From an uncultured Thermococci archaeon (GTDB lineage Archaea > Methanobacteriota_B > Thermococci > Thermococcales > Thermococcaceae), in assembly GCA_964615185.1 (NCBI GenBank), contig CAZTOS010000007.1, forward strand, positions 7,074-32,269: a stretch of DNA of 25,196 bases, given 5' to 3'. Under the pieces are notes generated by a model, which was not told the origin of the DNA, made no database searches, and saw nothing but the letters and a program-made list of their open reading frames with translations. Both the position numbers and the translations under genes were made by a program. This document shows, one piece after another, positions 1-10,229 of this stretch (its first letter is position 1; each line of letters opens with the position of its first letter).

Positions 1-3
1 CTA

Positions 4-459
4 ATGAATGAGATTGAAGTCAGAACTCACACTGCCCTTCATATTGTTAAGGGTGCAGTTGTTAAAGTGCTTGGAGAAAAAGCTAAGTGGACTGCAAGTG
101 TCTACGTCAGCGGAAATCATGGAAGGTTAACAGTTAAATTTGATAGAAAGCCTACTCCAGAGGAGATCACTGAAATTGAGAGGCTGGCAAATGAGAAAGT
201 TAAGGAAAATGTCCCCATTCATGTATATGAACTGCCAAGAGAAGAAGCTGAAAGGAGATTTGGTGAGGATATGTATGATTTATTTCCAATTCCTCCAGAG
301 ATTAAGACACTAAAAGTAGTTGTTATTGAAAACTGGAATGTAAATGCATGCAATAAACAGCACACAAAAACAACGGGAGAAGTTGGGGAAATAAAAATCA
401 AGAAGGTGAGATTCAGAAAGAGCAAAGAGTTGCTCGAAATTAGCTTTGATGTGAGTTAG
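4..459 (+). CDS. alaXS: AlaX-S free-standing alanyl-tRNA editing (Ser-tRNA(Ala) deacylase) protein
   Basis: 151 aa with Zn-binding HTALH and CNKQH (HxxxH...CxxxH) motifs of the AlaRS/ThrRS editing domain; size matches the short AlaX-S class. Confidence 0.9.
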   Translation: MNEIEVRTHTALHIVKGAVVKVLGEKAKWTASVYVSGNHGRLTVKFDRKPTPEEITEIERLANEKVKENVPIHVYELPREEAERRFGEDMYDLFPIPPEIKTLKVVVIENWNVNACNKQHTKTTGEVGEIKIKKVRFRKSKELLEISFDVS

Positions 460-1610
460 CTTTCCAATAGACATTCTTCCAGCTTTTCCATTTTACATTC
501 TCTAACCTCAAATCCCTCCAACTGATGCAGTGTTTTGAGTCCAGCTCCCGTTAGTATGCTCACAACTCTTTCATTCCCCTTGATTCTGCCTTCTTCTCTG
601 AGCTTTTTCACAGCTGCTATACCAGTTGCAGAGGCTGGCTGGACAAATACACCCTCTTGAGCAAGCGTTCTCTGGGCTTTAAGAATTTCCTTATCACTGA
701 CAGCAATACAAATACCATTAAGTTTTTTCAAAAGCCTCAATACAGCATTCCCGCTCGGCGGATATGGATTTTCAATTGCATGTGCTATTGTGTGCGGATT
801 TTCAAATCTCCCAATTTTCTCTTTCCCATCAATAAAAGCTTTGTAAATCGGTGAGCAGCCTTCAGCTTGGACACAAACAAATGTAGGCAGCCTACCAATA
901 AGCTCACTCTTTTTAAGCTCAAGGAAGCCCTTTATGATTCCCCTGATCAGTCCACCAGAGCTTGTTGGAACTACAACGTAATCTGGCATTATCTCCTCAA
1001 CAATCTCAAAGCTCATGCTCTTATATCCCTCTATGCGGAATGGATCGTCAGAATTTATGAAGTAAACCCCAAGTTTTTGTCCAAGCTTAAGGCTTTCATA
1101 GTAGAGCTTCCCATAATCACCTCTAACTTTTATAACTTCAGCTCCATAAACAGCAATCTGCTTGAGCTTTTCCTCTGCTATATTTGAAGAGACGAGAATG
1201 TAAGCTTTTAGCCCTGCTCTTGATGCATAAGCTGCAACACTTGCAGCCATATTGCCCGTTGAAACAGTTCCAACTTTGTCAAAACCCAGCTGTAGAGCCC
1301 TATGGATTCCTAAAAACGTCCCCCTATCCTTAAAGCTCCAAGTCGGATTAACGGTTTCGTTTTTTAAATAAAGCTGAACTCCAAGCTTTTTTGAGAGTTT
1401 TCTTGCTCTTATAAGTGGAGTATCTCCCTCCCCGAGACTTAAATCCAAGTCAAGTTCAAAAGGAAAGAACTGAACAAAGCGCTCCCAAACACTTTTCCCG
1501 ATTCCAGCAAAGCCTTCAAAAAGCTCAAGCTCTAAAGGCTCTCCACATTCACACCTCTGATATGGCTTTCTCAAAGAATATTCTCTACCACAAGCTGTAC
1601 ATCTAAGCAT
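456..1610 (-). CDS. thrC: Threonine synthase (PLP fold type II)
   Basis: N-terminal CxxC...CxC ribbon, [11 protein letters not shown]-lysine motif [29 protein letters not shown]. Confidence 0.85.
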   Translation of the reverse strand: MLRCTACGREYSLRKPYQRCECGEPLELELFEGFAGIGKSVWERFVQFFPFELDLDLSLGEGDTPLIRARKLSKKLGVQLYLKNETVNPTWSFKDRGTFLGIHRALQLGFDKVGTVSTGNMAASVAAYASRAGLKAYILVSSNIAEEKLKQIAVYGAEVIKVRGDYGKLYYESLKLGQKLGVYFINSDDPFRIEGYKSMSFEIVEEIMPDYVVVPTSSGGLIRGIIKGFLELKKSELIGRLPTFVCVQAEGCSPIYKAFIDGKEKIGRFENPHTIAHAIENPYPPSGNAVLRLLKKLNGICIAVSDKEILKAQRTLAQEGVFVQPASATGIAAVKKLREEGRIKGNERVVSILTGAGLKTLHQLEGFEVRECKMEKLEECLLES

Positions 1611-2721
1611 TCTTCAGCCTCCTAACCGCTGTAAAAATAACATATCTTCCTTCTTGCTTAATTGTAAACGATAACTCAAATTCTGGATGTGCCTTAACAT
1701 AGTTATCTCCGATTGTCTTGAGTGCATTATAGAACTCCTTAGCACTGCTCTCATCTTTCCAAGCAGTTTTCCAAGCTAAGATTAAGCTTGTAGAATTTTG
1801 AGCCAAAATTAACTTATCCCCCTTCCATCCATCTGCAATCTCCTTCGCTTCTTTTTCCTCATAATTGTGAACAAGTAAGAGCAAATAGACATAAAATTCT
1901 CCCATCGTGTCTTCATGGATTACCCCACCATTTCTAACGCTTAAACTCACATTTTCTGGCAATGTATAGCTCAGATACATTTCTGGGTTCATTACTTGCT
2001 GGGTTGTGACTGGTAACTTTAAGTAAGCCCTATTGACCAAGTCCCACCCCCCTTTCTCATAAAGATACTGCACAAATTTATCTCCAAAAACGTAAGGGAA
2101 AGCGTTTAAGCTCCAAACGGGGTCTTCGAGGTATAGAGCTGTTATCTTCTCTATTGGAATGTGGTGCCTTTTGCAGTATAAATCAGCGACTAAGTCAGCA
2201 TCCCCTTCAACCAAGGCCCTTATAGCGAGGGTCGAATCTAAAGTTGGCCCAGAATAAGGAGCATTAAAATTCTGCTTCTGCAAAACATGGATTAACTCAT
2301 GAGCAACAACTCTATAAGCAGTTTCTCCACTTTCCAAGAAGTTCTCTTCAATGATATAGACTTTGTTCCCTATGGTTGCAGCAATCCATGAAGCTGTTTG
2401 CTCTTTTCTCTCTTTTGTTAAATTATAGCTTGGAGGAACAAGAAAAGTCATTTTATAAATTGCCTCCCACATTCTAAGTTCATATATATTCCCCTCTGAA
2501 GGGCCCCATTTTTCTAAAGCTTCTTGCCTTGTAATCACAATTATTTTAGGCGATTCTTTGAATGTGAGATTTCTAATCTCCTGAACTTCACCCTTAATCT
2601 CTTGAACCTTCTGAAGTACTTGTTTTGCCCTCTCATCTATTGAACCAACTCTGATTTGATAAAATGATGCAATAAGAATGACAATTAATGTCAATGCTAT
2701 TAACCCAGATTTCTTTTTCAC
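1603..2721 (-). CDS. Membrane-anchored/secreted zincin-type putative metalloprotease
   Basis: Likely GTG start at 2721 after GGTGA; basic N-terminus plus hydrophobic segment (KKKSGLIALTLIVILIASF); HELIH (HExxH) followed by EGDAD as third ligand; FPY and WKGD motifs. Confidence 0.7.
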   Translation of the reverse strand: MKKKSGLIALTLIVILIASFYQIRVGSIDERAKQVLQKVQEIKGEVQEIRNLTFKESPKIIVITRQEALEKWGPSEGNIYELRMWEAIYKMTFLVPPSYNLTKERKEQTASWIAATIGNKVYIIEENFLESGETAYRVVAHELIHVLQKQNFNAPYSGPTLDSTLAIRALVEGDADLVADLYCKRHHIPIEKITALYLEDPVWSLNAFPYVFGDKFVQYLYEKGGWDLVNRAYLKLPVTTQQVMNPEMYLSYTLPENVSLSVRNGGVIHEDTMGEFYVYLLLLVHNYEEKEAKEIADGWKGDKLILAQNSTSLILAWKTAWKDESSAKEFYNALKTIGDNYVKAHPEFELSFTIKQEGRYVIFTAVRRLKNA

Positions 2722-2782
2722 ATCACTCACCTTCGAAAGGTTATTTAGTGAAATACTCTTATAATCCATTTGGTGTCGCTAC

Positions 2783-4408
2783 ATGGGAAAGATTGTGGAG
2801 GTAAATGAGGCAATTGATGAAATTCCAGACAATTCAGTGATAGCTGTTTCAGGATTTAACTTACTTGTTGCCCCAGAGTATCTGCTTCTTAAACTGTTCG
2901 AGCACTACAAAGAAACAGGACATCCGAAGAATATTTTCTTGGAGGTCAATCCAATTCCAACAGCCCCCAATGGTGTTCTCGACAGGATAATGGAAGAACT
3001 CTACAATGATCCAGATCAAGATTTCCTCTCAGGAATACTTGTTACATATCCAGGCTGGTCTCCCTATCTGCAAAAGCTGATTCAAGAAAACAGAATTGAA
3101 GGATACACATGGTCAATTGGAACGGCTTCATGGTTTTTCAGAGAAGTTGCAAGAGGTTTTCCTGGAGTTATAACGAAAGTTGGAATAGGGACGTTTCTTG
3201 ATGGAAGACAAGATGCGGGATATTTGAATGACCTCGCAAAAGAAAAGAAGAGATGTAAGGTTCAGCTGATCGAAATTAACGGAGATGAATATCTCTTATA
3301 CACCGCTCCGAAGCCAAATGTTGCATTCGTAAGAGGAACAACGAGTGATGAAATCGGAAACATAACAACAGAGAGAGAAGGAGCATTTACAGACATTTTG
3401 AATATGGCTCAGGCTGCTAAATCTCTACCAAATCCGGGAATTGTAATAGCCCAAGTTGAAAGGATTGCAAGATTTGGCTCTCTTCACCCTCAAGATGTGA
3501 AAGTTCCAGCACCTTTAGTGGATTATGTAGTCATCGCTCCAAAAGAATACCACAAGCAGAGTGCAAACATTCAGTATGACCCAAGAATTTCCGGTGAGAT
3601 TATACCTCCGGCTAAGCCAGGAGTTTCAGAGATCCCACTAAATATCCGAAAAGTCATTGCAAGAAGAATCCTGCTTGAGATGGTTGAGATCATCAAAAAG
3701 CTTGGTAGACCAATCTTAGTCAACTTAGGAATTGGCGTCCCATCAGAGGTAGCAGCAATTGCAACTGAAGAAGGGGTTCAAGATTATCTCTTCACTACAG
3801 TCGAATCAGGCCCTTTTGGAGGTGTCGCACTGGGTGGGCCAGATTTTGGAGCATCAATAGGGCCATTTGCAATAATCTCCATGGCAGACCAGTTTGCCAA
3901 TTATGAAGGTGGCGTTATTGATGCTGCGAGCTTAGGATTCATGCAAGTAGATAAATGTGGAAATGTCAATCCCTCAATCTTGCCAGGTAGATTGCCCGGA
4001 CCTGGAGGCTTTCCAGTGATATCATTTGGCTCTCCAAGGATAATCTTTGCCGGAGGATTTACTGCAGGAAAGAGGGATATCAGAGTTGAAGATGGACAAT
4101 TGAAAATCATTAAAGATGGCAGCATTATCAAATTCGTAAATCAAGTTTACAAGATAGTTTACAACGGTAAAGTTGGCTTAGAAAGGGGTCAGAAAGTCAT
4201 ATATGTAACAGAAAGGGCTGTGTTCAGGCTTACAAAAGAGGGATTAATCCTTGAGGAAATTGCTCAGGGTGTGGATGTAGAAAAAGATGTCTTGGCAAAA
4301 ATGGAATTTGAGCCTAAAGTGAGCTCGAAGCTGGGAGAAATGGACAAAAGGTTGTTCTTAGCAGGAAAAATGGGATTGAAAGAGGAAATCAAAGAAGCAC
4401 TCAGCTAA
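2783..4408 (+). CDS. Family I acyl-CoA:acetate/3-ketoacid CoA-transferase, fused alpha-beta (YdiF/propionate CoA-transferase type)
   Basis: 541 aa; TKVGIGTFLD, RGTTSDEIGN, VNLGIGVP, catalytic Glu in TVESG, QVDKCGNVN, VTERAVF. Confidence 0.88.
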   Translation: MGKIVEVNEAIDEIPDNSVIAVSGFNLLVAPEYLLLKLFEHYKETGHPKNIFLEVNPIPTAPNGVLDRIMEELYNDPDQDFLSGILVTYPGWSPYLQKLIQENRIEGYTWSIGTASWFFREVARGFPGVITKVGIGTFLDGRQDAGYLNDLAKEKKRCKVQLIEINGDEYLLYTAPKPNVAFVRGTTSDEIGNITTEREGAFTDILNMAQAAKSLPNPGIVIAQVERIARFGSLHPQDVKVPAPLVDYVVIAPKEYHKQSANIQYDPRISGEIIPPAKPGVSEIPLNIRKVIARRILLEMVEIIKKLGRPILVNLGIGVPSEVAAIATEEGVQDYLFTTVESGPFGGVALGGPDFGASIGPFAIISMADQFANYEGGVIDAASLGFMQVDKCGNVNPSILPGRLPGPGGFPVISFGSPRIIFAGGFTAGKRDIRVEDGQLKIIKDGSIIKFVNQVYKIVYNGKVGLERGQKVIYVTERAVFRLTKEGLILEEIAQGVDVEKDVLAKMEFEPKVSSKLGEMDKRLFLAGKMGLKEEIKEALS

Positions 4409-4419
4409 GTGCTTTTGTT

Positions 4420-5025
4420 TTATCTTTGTTCTTTGAACTCCACAAACTCCTCTCTCATACCGTCTTTTGTAATTACAACCACTTGGATTTTCCTATCTCC
4501 AGTGTAAACGTCTCTCTTACCAGCCGTCCTGATAGCTCTAATTGCCAATTCTCTTGCCTCTTCAATGCCCATATCCTTCTTGTATCCTTCTTCAAGAATG
4601 GCTATTGCAAAAGGTGAACCTGAGCCAGTTGCTGTGTAGTCATCAAATATTAAGCCCCCAAGTGGGTCGAGATTTGCTAAGGTTGGCTCCACGACATATC
4701 CACCGATAATTATTTGCACTATGTATGGGAACCCTTTATTTTCATTCAATATATTGCTTAAGAGATTTGCCATTGCTTTTGCAGTCATTGGTCTTCCCCA
4801 TGTGAACTGGTAATAACGAGCCTCTGCCTCAAGCCTCCTTGCAAGCATCTGAACATCTCCAACGCTCCCTGCAGTTGTTATTGCAATTCTATCTGTGATT
4901 GGGAGAATTTTCTTTATATTGAGTGTTTCAACCATATGGTCAAGTGAAGCTTGGGTATCAGCTGCTAAAACAACACCCTCTTTAACTTTAATACCGACTG
5001 TTGTTGTTCCAGTTTTTTTCTCCAT
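4420..5025 (-). CDS. psmB: Proteasome beta subunit
   Basis: ATG at 5025 after GGGGTGA; short propeptide MEKKTG then TTTVGI; AADTQ, AGSVGD, ATGSGS, RD motifs of Ntn-hydrolase beta subunits. Confidence 0.95.
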   Translation of the reverse strand: MEKKTGTTTVGIKVKEGVVLAADTQASLDHMVETLNIKKILPITDRIAITTAGSVGDVQMLARRLEAEARYYQFTWGRPMTAKAMANLLSNILNENKGFPYIVQIIIGGYVVEPTLANLDPLGGLIFDDYTATGSGSPFAIAILEEGYKKDMGIEEARELAIRAIRTAGKRDVYTGDRKIQVVVITKDGMREEFVEFKEQR

Positions 5026-5152
5026 AATTTTCACCCCCTAACATTTGGATATACAAAAAAGTTTTTAAAGTTTGGCTTGAACGGGAGTACTTCAGAAAGA
5101 AAAACAAGAAATCCGCTAACCTTGGGATAATTAAAAAGCCATATCCAAAAAT

Positions 5153-5689
5153 TCACTGCTCTATGGAGTCCTTACAGTTTTCACAGACCCATTTTTCTTG
5201 CCCGCCAATGTATACTTTGTAAAGCGGTCCATACTGCCCGCACACTTCACATATGCCGTACACTTCCGCTTCCTCAATGTTTTCTGCTTCCTGTTCTTCA
5301 CTGTTGTACATTGCCAATGCAGCAAGCAAGTCTGCTGCAGTTACGAATCCTATTGGCTTACCCAATTTTGTAACAAGTATCCTTCTAACTCCTTTATCCA
5401 TCATTAGCTCAATGGCATCCTGGATATCATAGTCATATTCGATCCTTACAGGATTTTTGGTCATAATATCTTTGATCTTGATGTGTTTTGGATTTCTACC
5501 TTTGGCGACAACCTTATCCAAGATATCTCTATCGGTTACTATACCCACTATCTCTTCATTTTCAACAATCACTGCACTGCTAACTTTATTTTTAGCCAAT
5601 ATTTTTGCAACCTTATCAACGCTATCTTCCGGCTTAACCACCACTGCCTTCCTTTTAAGCACTTGCTCCACAGTTATTTTTGGCATCAT
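5153..5689 (-). CDS. CBS-pair protein with C-terminal Zn ribbon
   Basis: Two CBS repeats (VGIVTDRDI; IGFVTAADL), acidic linker, CEVC...CENC. Confidence 0.88.
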   Translation of the reverse strand: MMPKITVEQVLKRKAVVVKPEDSVDKVAKILAKNKVSSAVIVENEEIVGIVTDRDILDKVVAKGRNPKHIKIKDIMTKNPVRIEYDYDIQDAIELMMDKGVRRILVTKLGKPIGFVTAADLLAALAMYNSEEQEAENIEEAEVYGICEVCGQYGPLYKVYIGGQEKWVCENCKDSIEQ

Positions 5690-5747
5690 TGCTATTCCCT
5701 CCTATTCATGTGGTGATATGAGAAGAAACTTAAAAATGTTTTGGGAT

Positions 5748-6416
5748 TTAGAGGTTTCTTCTTGCAAACCAGTGTGTAAACGCTAAGAAAAGTATTACAA
5801 ACGTTATAATTCCAATTATATAGGAGAGATATGCCAAGTGTGGAGTTACAGCCTTCTGGAGTGTTGGTACAGTGGTAGAAGTCACGGTGGTTGTTGTGGT
5901 TGTGGCTTCAGGAACTCTTTCTATCGTCATCACTCGAGTGACATTTTCAGCTGCAGTTTGAGTAATGTTCCCAGTAAGCCCTTCTTTCATAACTTTCGGA
6001 GCTTGCCCAACAGGAGCAAGCACTGCTTTTGATAGAGTATAAACTCCATAAGCAATTAAACCTGCAATACTCAAGCTGATAATCTGAATTTTCTCAAAAG
6101 TTCTCAATATTCTATCCTTTATAGATACCTTCCTCGGGAGAAGAAGTATCGGTTTTGGAGATGCACGATAAAGTTTAACTTCCTGCAGTCTTTTTCCATA
6201 CTTTTTGCCTACGACTTCAACTAATCCTACTTTGACCATCTTATCAATATGATATGAAACCGTTGAGAGGGGAAGATCCAACTCTTTGGCAATCTCGGAA
6301 AGGGAGAGTGTTTTCTCTTGAAGAAGCTTCAGAATGGCCAATGATTTCTCATTCATAAGTATTTGAGCAAGCTCTTTAGCCTTCTCATCATCAACGCTGA
6401 TCGTCTCAAATTCCAC
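5748..6416 (-). CDS. ArsR-type winged-HTH regulator fused to two transmembrane segments
   Basis: HTH LSLSEIAKELDLPLSTVSYHIDKMVKVGLV; hydrophobic IISLSIAGLIAYGVY and YIIGIITFVILFLAF segments flank a Thr-rich loop; GTG at 6416 follows GGTGA. Confidence 0.8.
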   Translation of the reverse strand: MEFETISVDDEKAKELAQILMNEKSLAILKLLQEKTLSLSEIAKELDLPLSTVSYHIDKMVKVGLVEVVGKKYGKRLQEVKLYRASPKPILLLPRKVSIKDRILRTFEKIQIISLSIAGLIAYGVYTLSKAVLAPVGQAPKVMKEGLTGNITQTAAENVTRVMTIERVPEATTTTTTVTSTTVPTLQKAVTPHLAYLSYIIGIITFVILFLAFTHWFARRNL

Positions 6417-6534
6417 AAAACTCACCAATAGAATTAAGCAAACAATAAATATTAAGATTTCCTTTCACTTCAAATAAGCTGGAATTAAAACTTAGAAATC
6501 CAGTAAAGTGATGAAAAGGAAAGAAAAGTTAAAT

Positions 6535-6810
6535 TCATGGCTTCTCCAAAATGATCTCAATTGTTGAGGTGTTTGCTGTTCTTCCGTCTGCAGTTGGAAG
6601 CTCCTCTGTGCCGATCTTGATCTCCTTAACTCTAACCTCTGGCAAGAACCTGTTCCTGACAATTTCTGCAACGTCAACAGCTCTGCTAATAGCCCTTCCC
6701 CTTGCTTTAATTGAGACCTCCTTTGCACCCTCGTTGAACTGGGTTATAACGGCAAGGACGTAGTTCATAACAGGCTTCTTTCCGATGTAAACAACATGCT
6801 CTTCTGCCAT
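6535..6810 (-). CDS. albA: Alba DNA/RNA-binding chromatin protein
   Basis: [35 protein letters not shown] at 6810 after GGAGGTG. Confidence 0.97.
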   Translation of the reverse strand: MAEEHVVYIGKKPVMNYVLAVITQFNEGAKEVSIKARGRAISRAVDVAEIVRNRFLPEVRVKEIKIGTEELPTADGRTANTSTIEIILEKP

Positions 6811-6985
6811 CTTTGGCACCTCCGAAAGTTTTGTCATAGCCTTTTCGTGGTTTTTACGTTAAATACTTTTCGGTTGGGTTGAATATTCAGCAAAAATGTA
6901 TCATGAATTCCTTCATCGCTTAGACACAAGAATGTTCATGGCAAATGCTTTTAAGATGGAATTACTACATCAATTTGGTGATATC

Positions 6986-8347
6986 ATGGCCGTTCATCCG
7001 ATTGATTATCGTTATGGCAGCGAAGAAATGAGAAAGATCTGGGAAGAAGAAAATAAGCTGCAAAAACTACTTGATGTTGAGGCGGCTCTGGCGAGAGCAC
7101 ATGCAAAAGTTGGAAATATTCCAGAGAAAAGTGCGGAAGTAATAAGCGAAAAGGCCAATATAAAACACGTCAAACTTGAAAGGGTGAAAGAAATTGAGGC
7201 GGAAATCCATCATGATATTATGGCTGTAGTAAAAGCTTTAAGCGAAGTTTGCGGTGAGCATGGCAAGTACGTTCACCTTGGAGCCACTTCAAATGATATA
7301 ATTGACACTGCAAATGCTCTTCTTATCAAAGACTCTCTGGAGATAGTTCTTAAAGATCTAAGGGAACTGAGAACAATCCTAAAAGAACTCGCAAAAGAGC
7401 ATAAATACACCGTTTGTATTGGGAGAACTCATGGACAGCATGCTGTTCCTACAACTTACGGGATGAAGTTTGCTATATGGCTTGATGAGATACAGAGACA
7501 CATTGAAAGAATAGAGCAAGTAAAAGAAAGAATTTTAGTGGGACAGATGAGCGGTGCTGTTGGAACTATGGCATCTTTCGGAGAAAAAGGGTTAGAAATC
7601 CAACGCTTAGTTATGGAAGATTTAGGACTGAAACCTGCGAGGGTAAGCAATCAGATAATCCAGAGGGATATATATGCTGAGCTAATAATGATTTTAGCTT
7701 TAATTGCATCCACTCTTGATAAAATTGCTCTCGAGATTAGAAATCTCCAAAGAACTGAAATCCTTGAAGTTAGCGAGCCTTTTGGAAAGAAGCAAGTTGG
7801 TTCATCAACAATGCCACACAAAAGAAATCCAATAAGGAGCGAAAAAATCTGTGGACTTGCAAGAATTATATACTCTAACGTCATCCCAGCACTTCTGAAC
7901 AACCCACTATGGCACGAGAGAGACTTAACGAACTCTTCGGTGGAGAGAGTAATCCTTCCAGAAACATTCATGTTGTTGGATGAAATGCTAAAAAATATGA
8001 AAAAAGTGCTCTCTGGCTTGGAGTTTTTCCCGGAAAACATAAAACGCAACCTCTACTTAACAAACAACCTTATAATGGCAGAACCATTGATGCTAAAGCT
8101 AACAGAGAAGGGGATGGGAAGACAAGAAGCCCATGAAATTGTTAGGCAAATCGCCATGAAAGCATTCTATGAAAAAAGAGACTTAATCGAGGTTGCCAGA
8201 GAAAATGAAGTTGTAAAGGAATACTTAGATGATAAGGATTTTGAGGAGCTAAAACCGGAGAACTACATTGGACTTGCTCCTCGGATAGTAGATGATGTAA
8301 TTCACTATATAGAGGAAATTGAACAAAAAGAAGCCCAAAAATCTTAG
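6986..8347 (+). CDS. purB: Adenylosuccinate lyase
   Basis: HLGATSNDI, GRTHGQHA, fumarase-family signature GSSTMPHKRNP, WHERDLTNSS; ATG at 6986 after GGTGA. Confidence 0.97.
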   Translation: MAVHPIDYRYGSEEMRKIWEEENKLQKLLDVEAALARAHAKVGNIPEKSAEVISEKANIKHVKLERVKEIEAEIHHDIMAVVKALSEVCGEHGKYVHLGATSNDIIDTANALLIKDSLEIVLKDLRELRTILKELAKEHKYTVCIGRTHGQHAVPTTYGMKFAIWLDEIQRHIERIEQVKERILVGQMSGAVGTMASFGEKGLEIQRLVMEDLGLKPARVSNQIIQRDIYAELIMILALIASTLDKIALEIRNLQRTEILEVSEPFGKKQVGSSTMPHKRNPIRSEKICGLARIIYSNVIPALLNNPLWHERDLTNSSVERVILPETFMLLDEMLKNMKKVLSGLEFFPENIKRNLYLTNNLIMAEPLMLKLTEKGMGRQEAHEIVRQIAMKAFYEKRDLIEVARENEVVKEYLDDKDFEELKPENYIGLAPRIVDDVIHYIEEIEQKEAQKS

Positions 8348-8947
8348 GCATCTGTTTTCTTGCTGTATTCATTTTTATTAACTTTTTGTTATTTTAAGTC
8401 TCATTATTAGGCATCTCTCAATATTTCCAGAGAATTTTTACGTATAATAATTGTTTAGTTTATATTTCTATGAATTTTAATTGGAAACTTATATTTAGGG
8501 TATTTACAAATTTTGATGAAATATAGAAATCAAATCTTATAATTTAGTATAAAATATTGAATTTAAAATAGTAAAAAATCCGAGAAAATTACGACATGAA
8601 AATATTAAACTTAACAAAAAGAGTTAATAAATGCCCAAAAACTCAAAAATGAGGAAGAGAACATGGAGGATATGCAAAGAGAGGCGTTAAAAACATCATA
8701 ATATTATTAGGACATCTTTGATAAACTCATTAACTATAAACAGAGTAGATTATGAATTATGATAACTTCCGATTAATATCATTAAACGGCCATATGAGAA
8801 CTCCCCACTGCTGAAAGGTAACATGAGAGCACATCCACATAGGCATGATACTATAGGATTCTTCTATGCTCTCTTAGAAAAGTTAAATGAACATGCATAA
8901 TGGATAAAGTTAAAAATGTAATCATCAATGAAATTAAGGTGCCAAAG

Positions 8948-9273
8948 ATGCTGGAGATATTGGGCTTCATATTTTATGCAGGAGCTGCTTTGGTGATTCT
9001 TTTCATTGGAGCCTTTTCTGGAGGAATATCAAGAATATTAGCATTACCAGTAGCAATAGGATACATACTACTTGCTTTTTGGTCAATAGAACAAGTAGGA
9101 TCGGATATCATCTCAAAGGATCGGAATAGAGATAAAAGGCTAATGCTTGCATTGAACATAATTTCCTTCACTCTTGGAGCAGTATCGTTCTATATTTATA
9201 TGGAGAGCATTGCAACACCCTCCTTGGGCCTGCCTTTGTGATTGGGCTTTGGAAGAGCTATAAAGGCCATTGA
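8948..9273 (+). pseudogene. Small integral membrane protein, probably frameshifted near 9220
   Basis: Three hydrophobic segments in ORF 8948-9241; a fourth (LLGPAFVIGLWKSYKGH*) continues in the -1 frame 9220-9273 and is followed directly by a T-rich tract. Confidence 0.55.
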
Positions 9274-9442
9274 TCTGTTTTCTTTCAGCATTGTTTATCC
9301 ACATGCTTCTTTGTATTCATCTGTTCAAGAATTTTAGATATAATGAACCTTATATGACAATTATGTATAGTGGTAAAAGTAACAAAGTTTAAAAAGATGT
9401 AAAAATCATCATGACTTAGGGGATATGTACCAGGTGAGCACC

Positions 9443-9802
9443 ATGACCAGCACTATAAAGTATGCCCACCTTGGCCCTCTTGCAATGGAAATAATCACGA
9501 CAAAGCTCCAACAGGCCGTTCTCTATCGGAATACGACCCAACCATTTTTCAGAGAAAATCAGAAAAATGGATATCTTGAACTGGTGATTCCCATTAACTG
9601 CCTCTCTCCACTGGAAAAATACGTTTTGGAAGAGGCTGGTTATCCAAAAAAGCCTGTGCGGCTTGGAGATAGCATCATCAGAGCGTTTATAATAAATGTC
9701 CGTCACATAGAACAGGACAATCCAGAACTATCGAAGAAGATAATCGATATCTATAATAAACGTCTGGAAGAGAGTTGCGTTGGCCCGTGTTACAAATATT
9801 AA
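9443..9802 (+). CDS. Hypothetical soluble protein (119 aa)
   Basis: ATG at 9443 preceded by AGGTGA; upstream TATA-like AAAGTTTAAAAA; no recognisable motif. Confidence 0.65.
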   Translation: MTSTIKYAHLGPLAMEIITTKLQQAVLYRNTTQPFFRENQKNGYLELVIPINCLSPLEKYVLEEAGYPKKPVRLGDSIIRAFIINVRHIEQDNPELSKKIIDIYNKRLEESCVGPCYKY

Positions 9803-10169
9803 AAATAACCACCATGAATCGTAATCAATTTTTGTGGTGTTAAAGCGGGGGTTAGAGAATAAAAATATGCAATAATGCGACATGAACATATGACTCCCTA
9901 CTGATGTCTGTGTGCAGGAAACAAATAATATTGTCTAAAACTTCCAAAATGTAAAAGAATTATTATTGCTATTTGTAAAATTTCTGTAATTTTTACCATT
10001 TAGATAAATTCAATTCTATAATCTACTATAATGAATCAAAAATTACATATTTAAATACTAATTTAATAGACATCATATTTCATAAATAGTACAAGATTAT
10101 TATAGATGTCAAAAATTACTTACAATTAACGTCAAAACTATCATAAAATTCTGAGAGATGGCTTCATAA

Positions 10170-10188
10170 TTTTTGCATACGCACAAAA
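10170..10188. promoter_or_regulatory. Palindromic operator A (TTTTTGCATACGCACAAAA), directly upstream of the TATA of the ATPase pair
   Basis: Matches palindromes at 16379-16394 and 17224-17245; adjacent to TTTTTAAA at 10189-10196. Confidence 0.7.
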
Positions 10189-10199
10189 TTTTTAAACTT

Positions 10200-10213
10200 T
10201 TAGGCTTCCCTAA
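10200..10213. promoter_or_regulatory. Palindromic operator B (TTAGG-N4-CCTAA, DtxR-box-like), downstream of TATA
   Basis: TTAGGCTTCCCTAA; same motif at 16356-16369. Confidence 0.65.
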
Positions 10214-10229
10214 TTCTGGAGGTGTTGTG

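Noticed and set aside
6896..6985. 30-aa N-terminal extension of PurB in the ORF track (similar extensions for alba, the issA-like gene, the first ATPase and the 22517 ORF)
   Set aside because: Downstream starts have proper GGTGA/GGAGG SD sites, and the extensions run through promoter DNA or the neighbouring gene.
8420..8600. AT-rich region with TTCCAGAGAA / TGGAAAC words as a possible replication origin
   Set aside because: No repeated full ORB elements and no cdc6/orc1 gene nearby.
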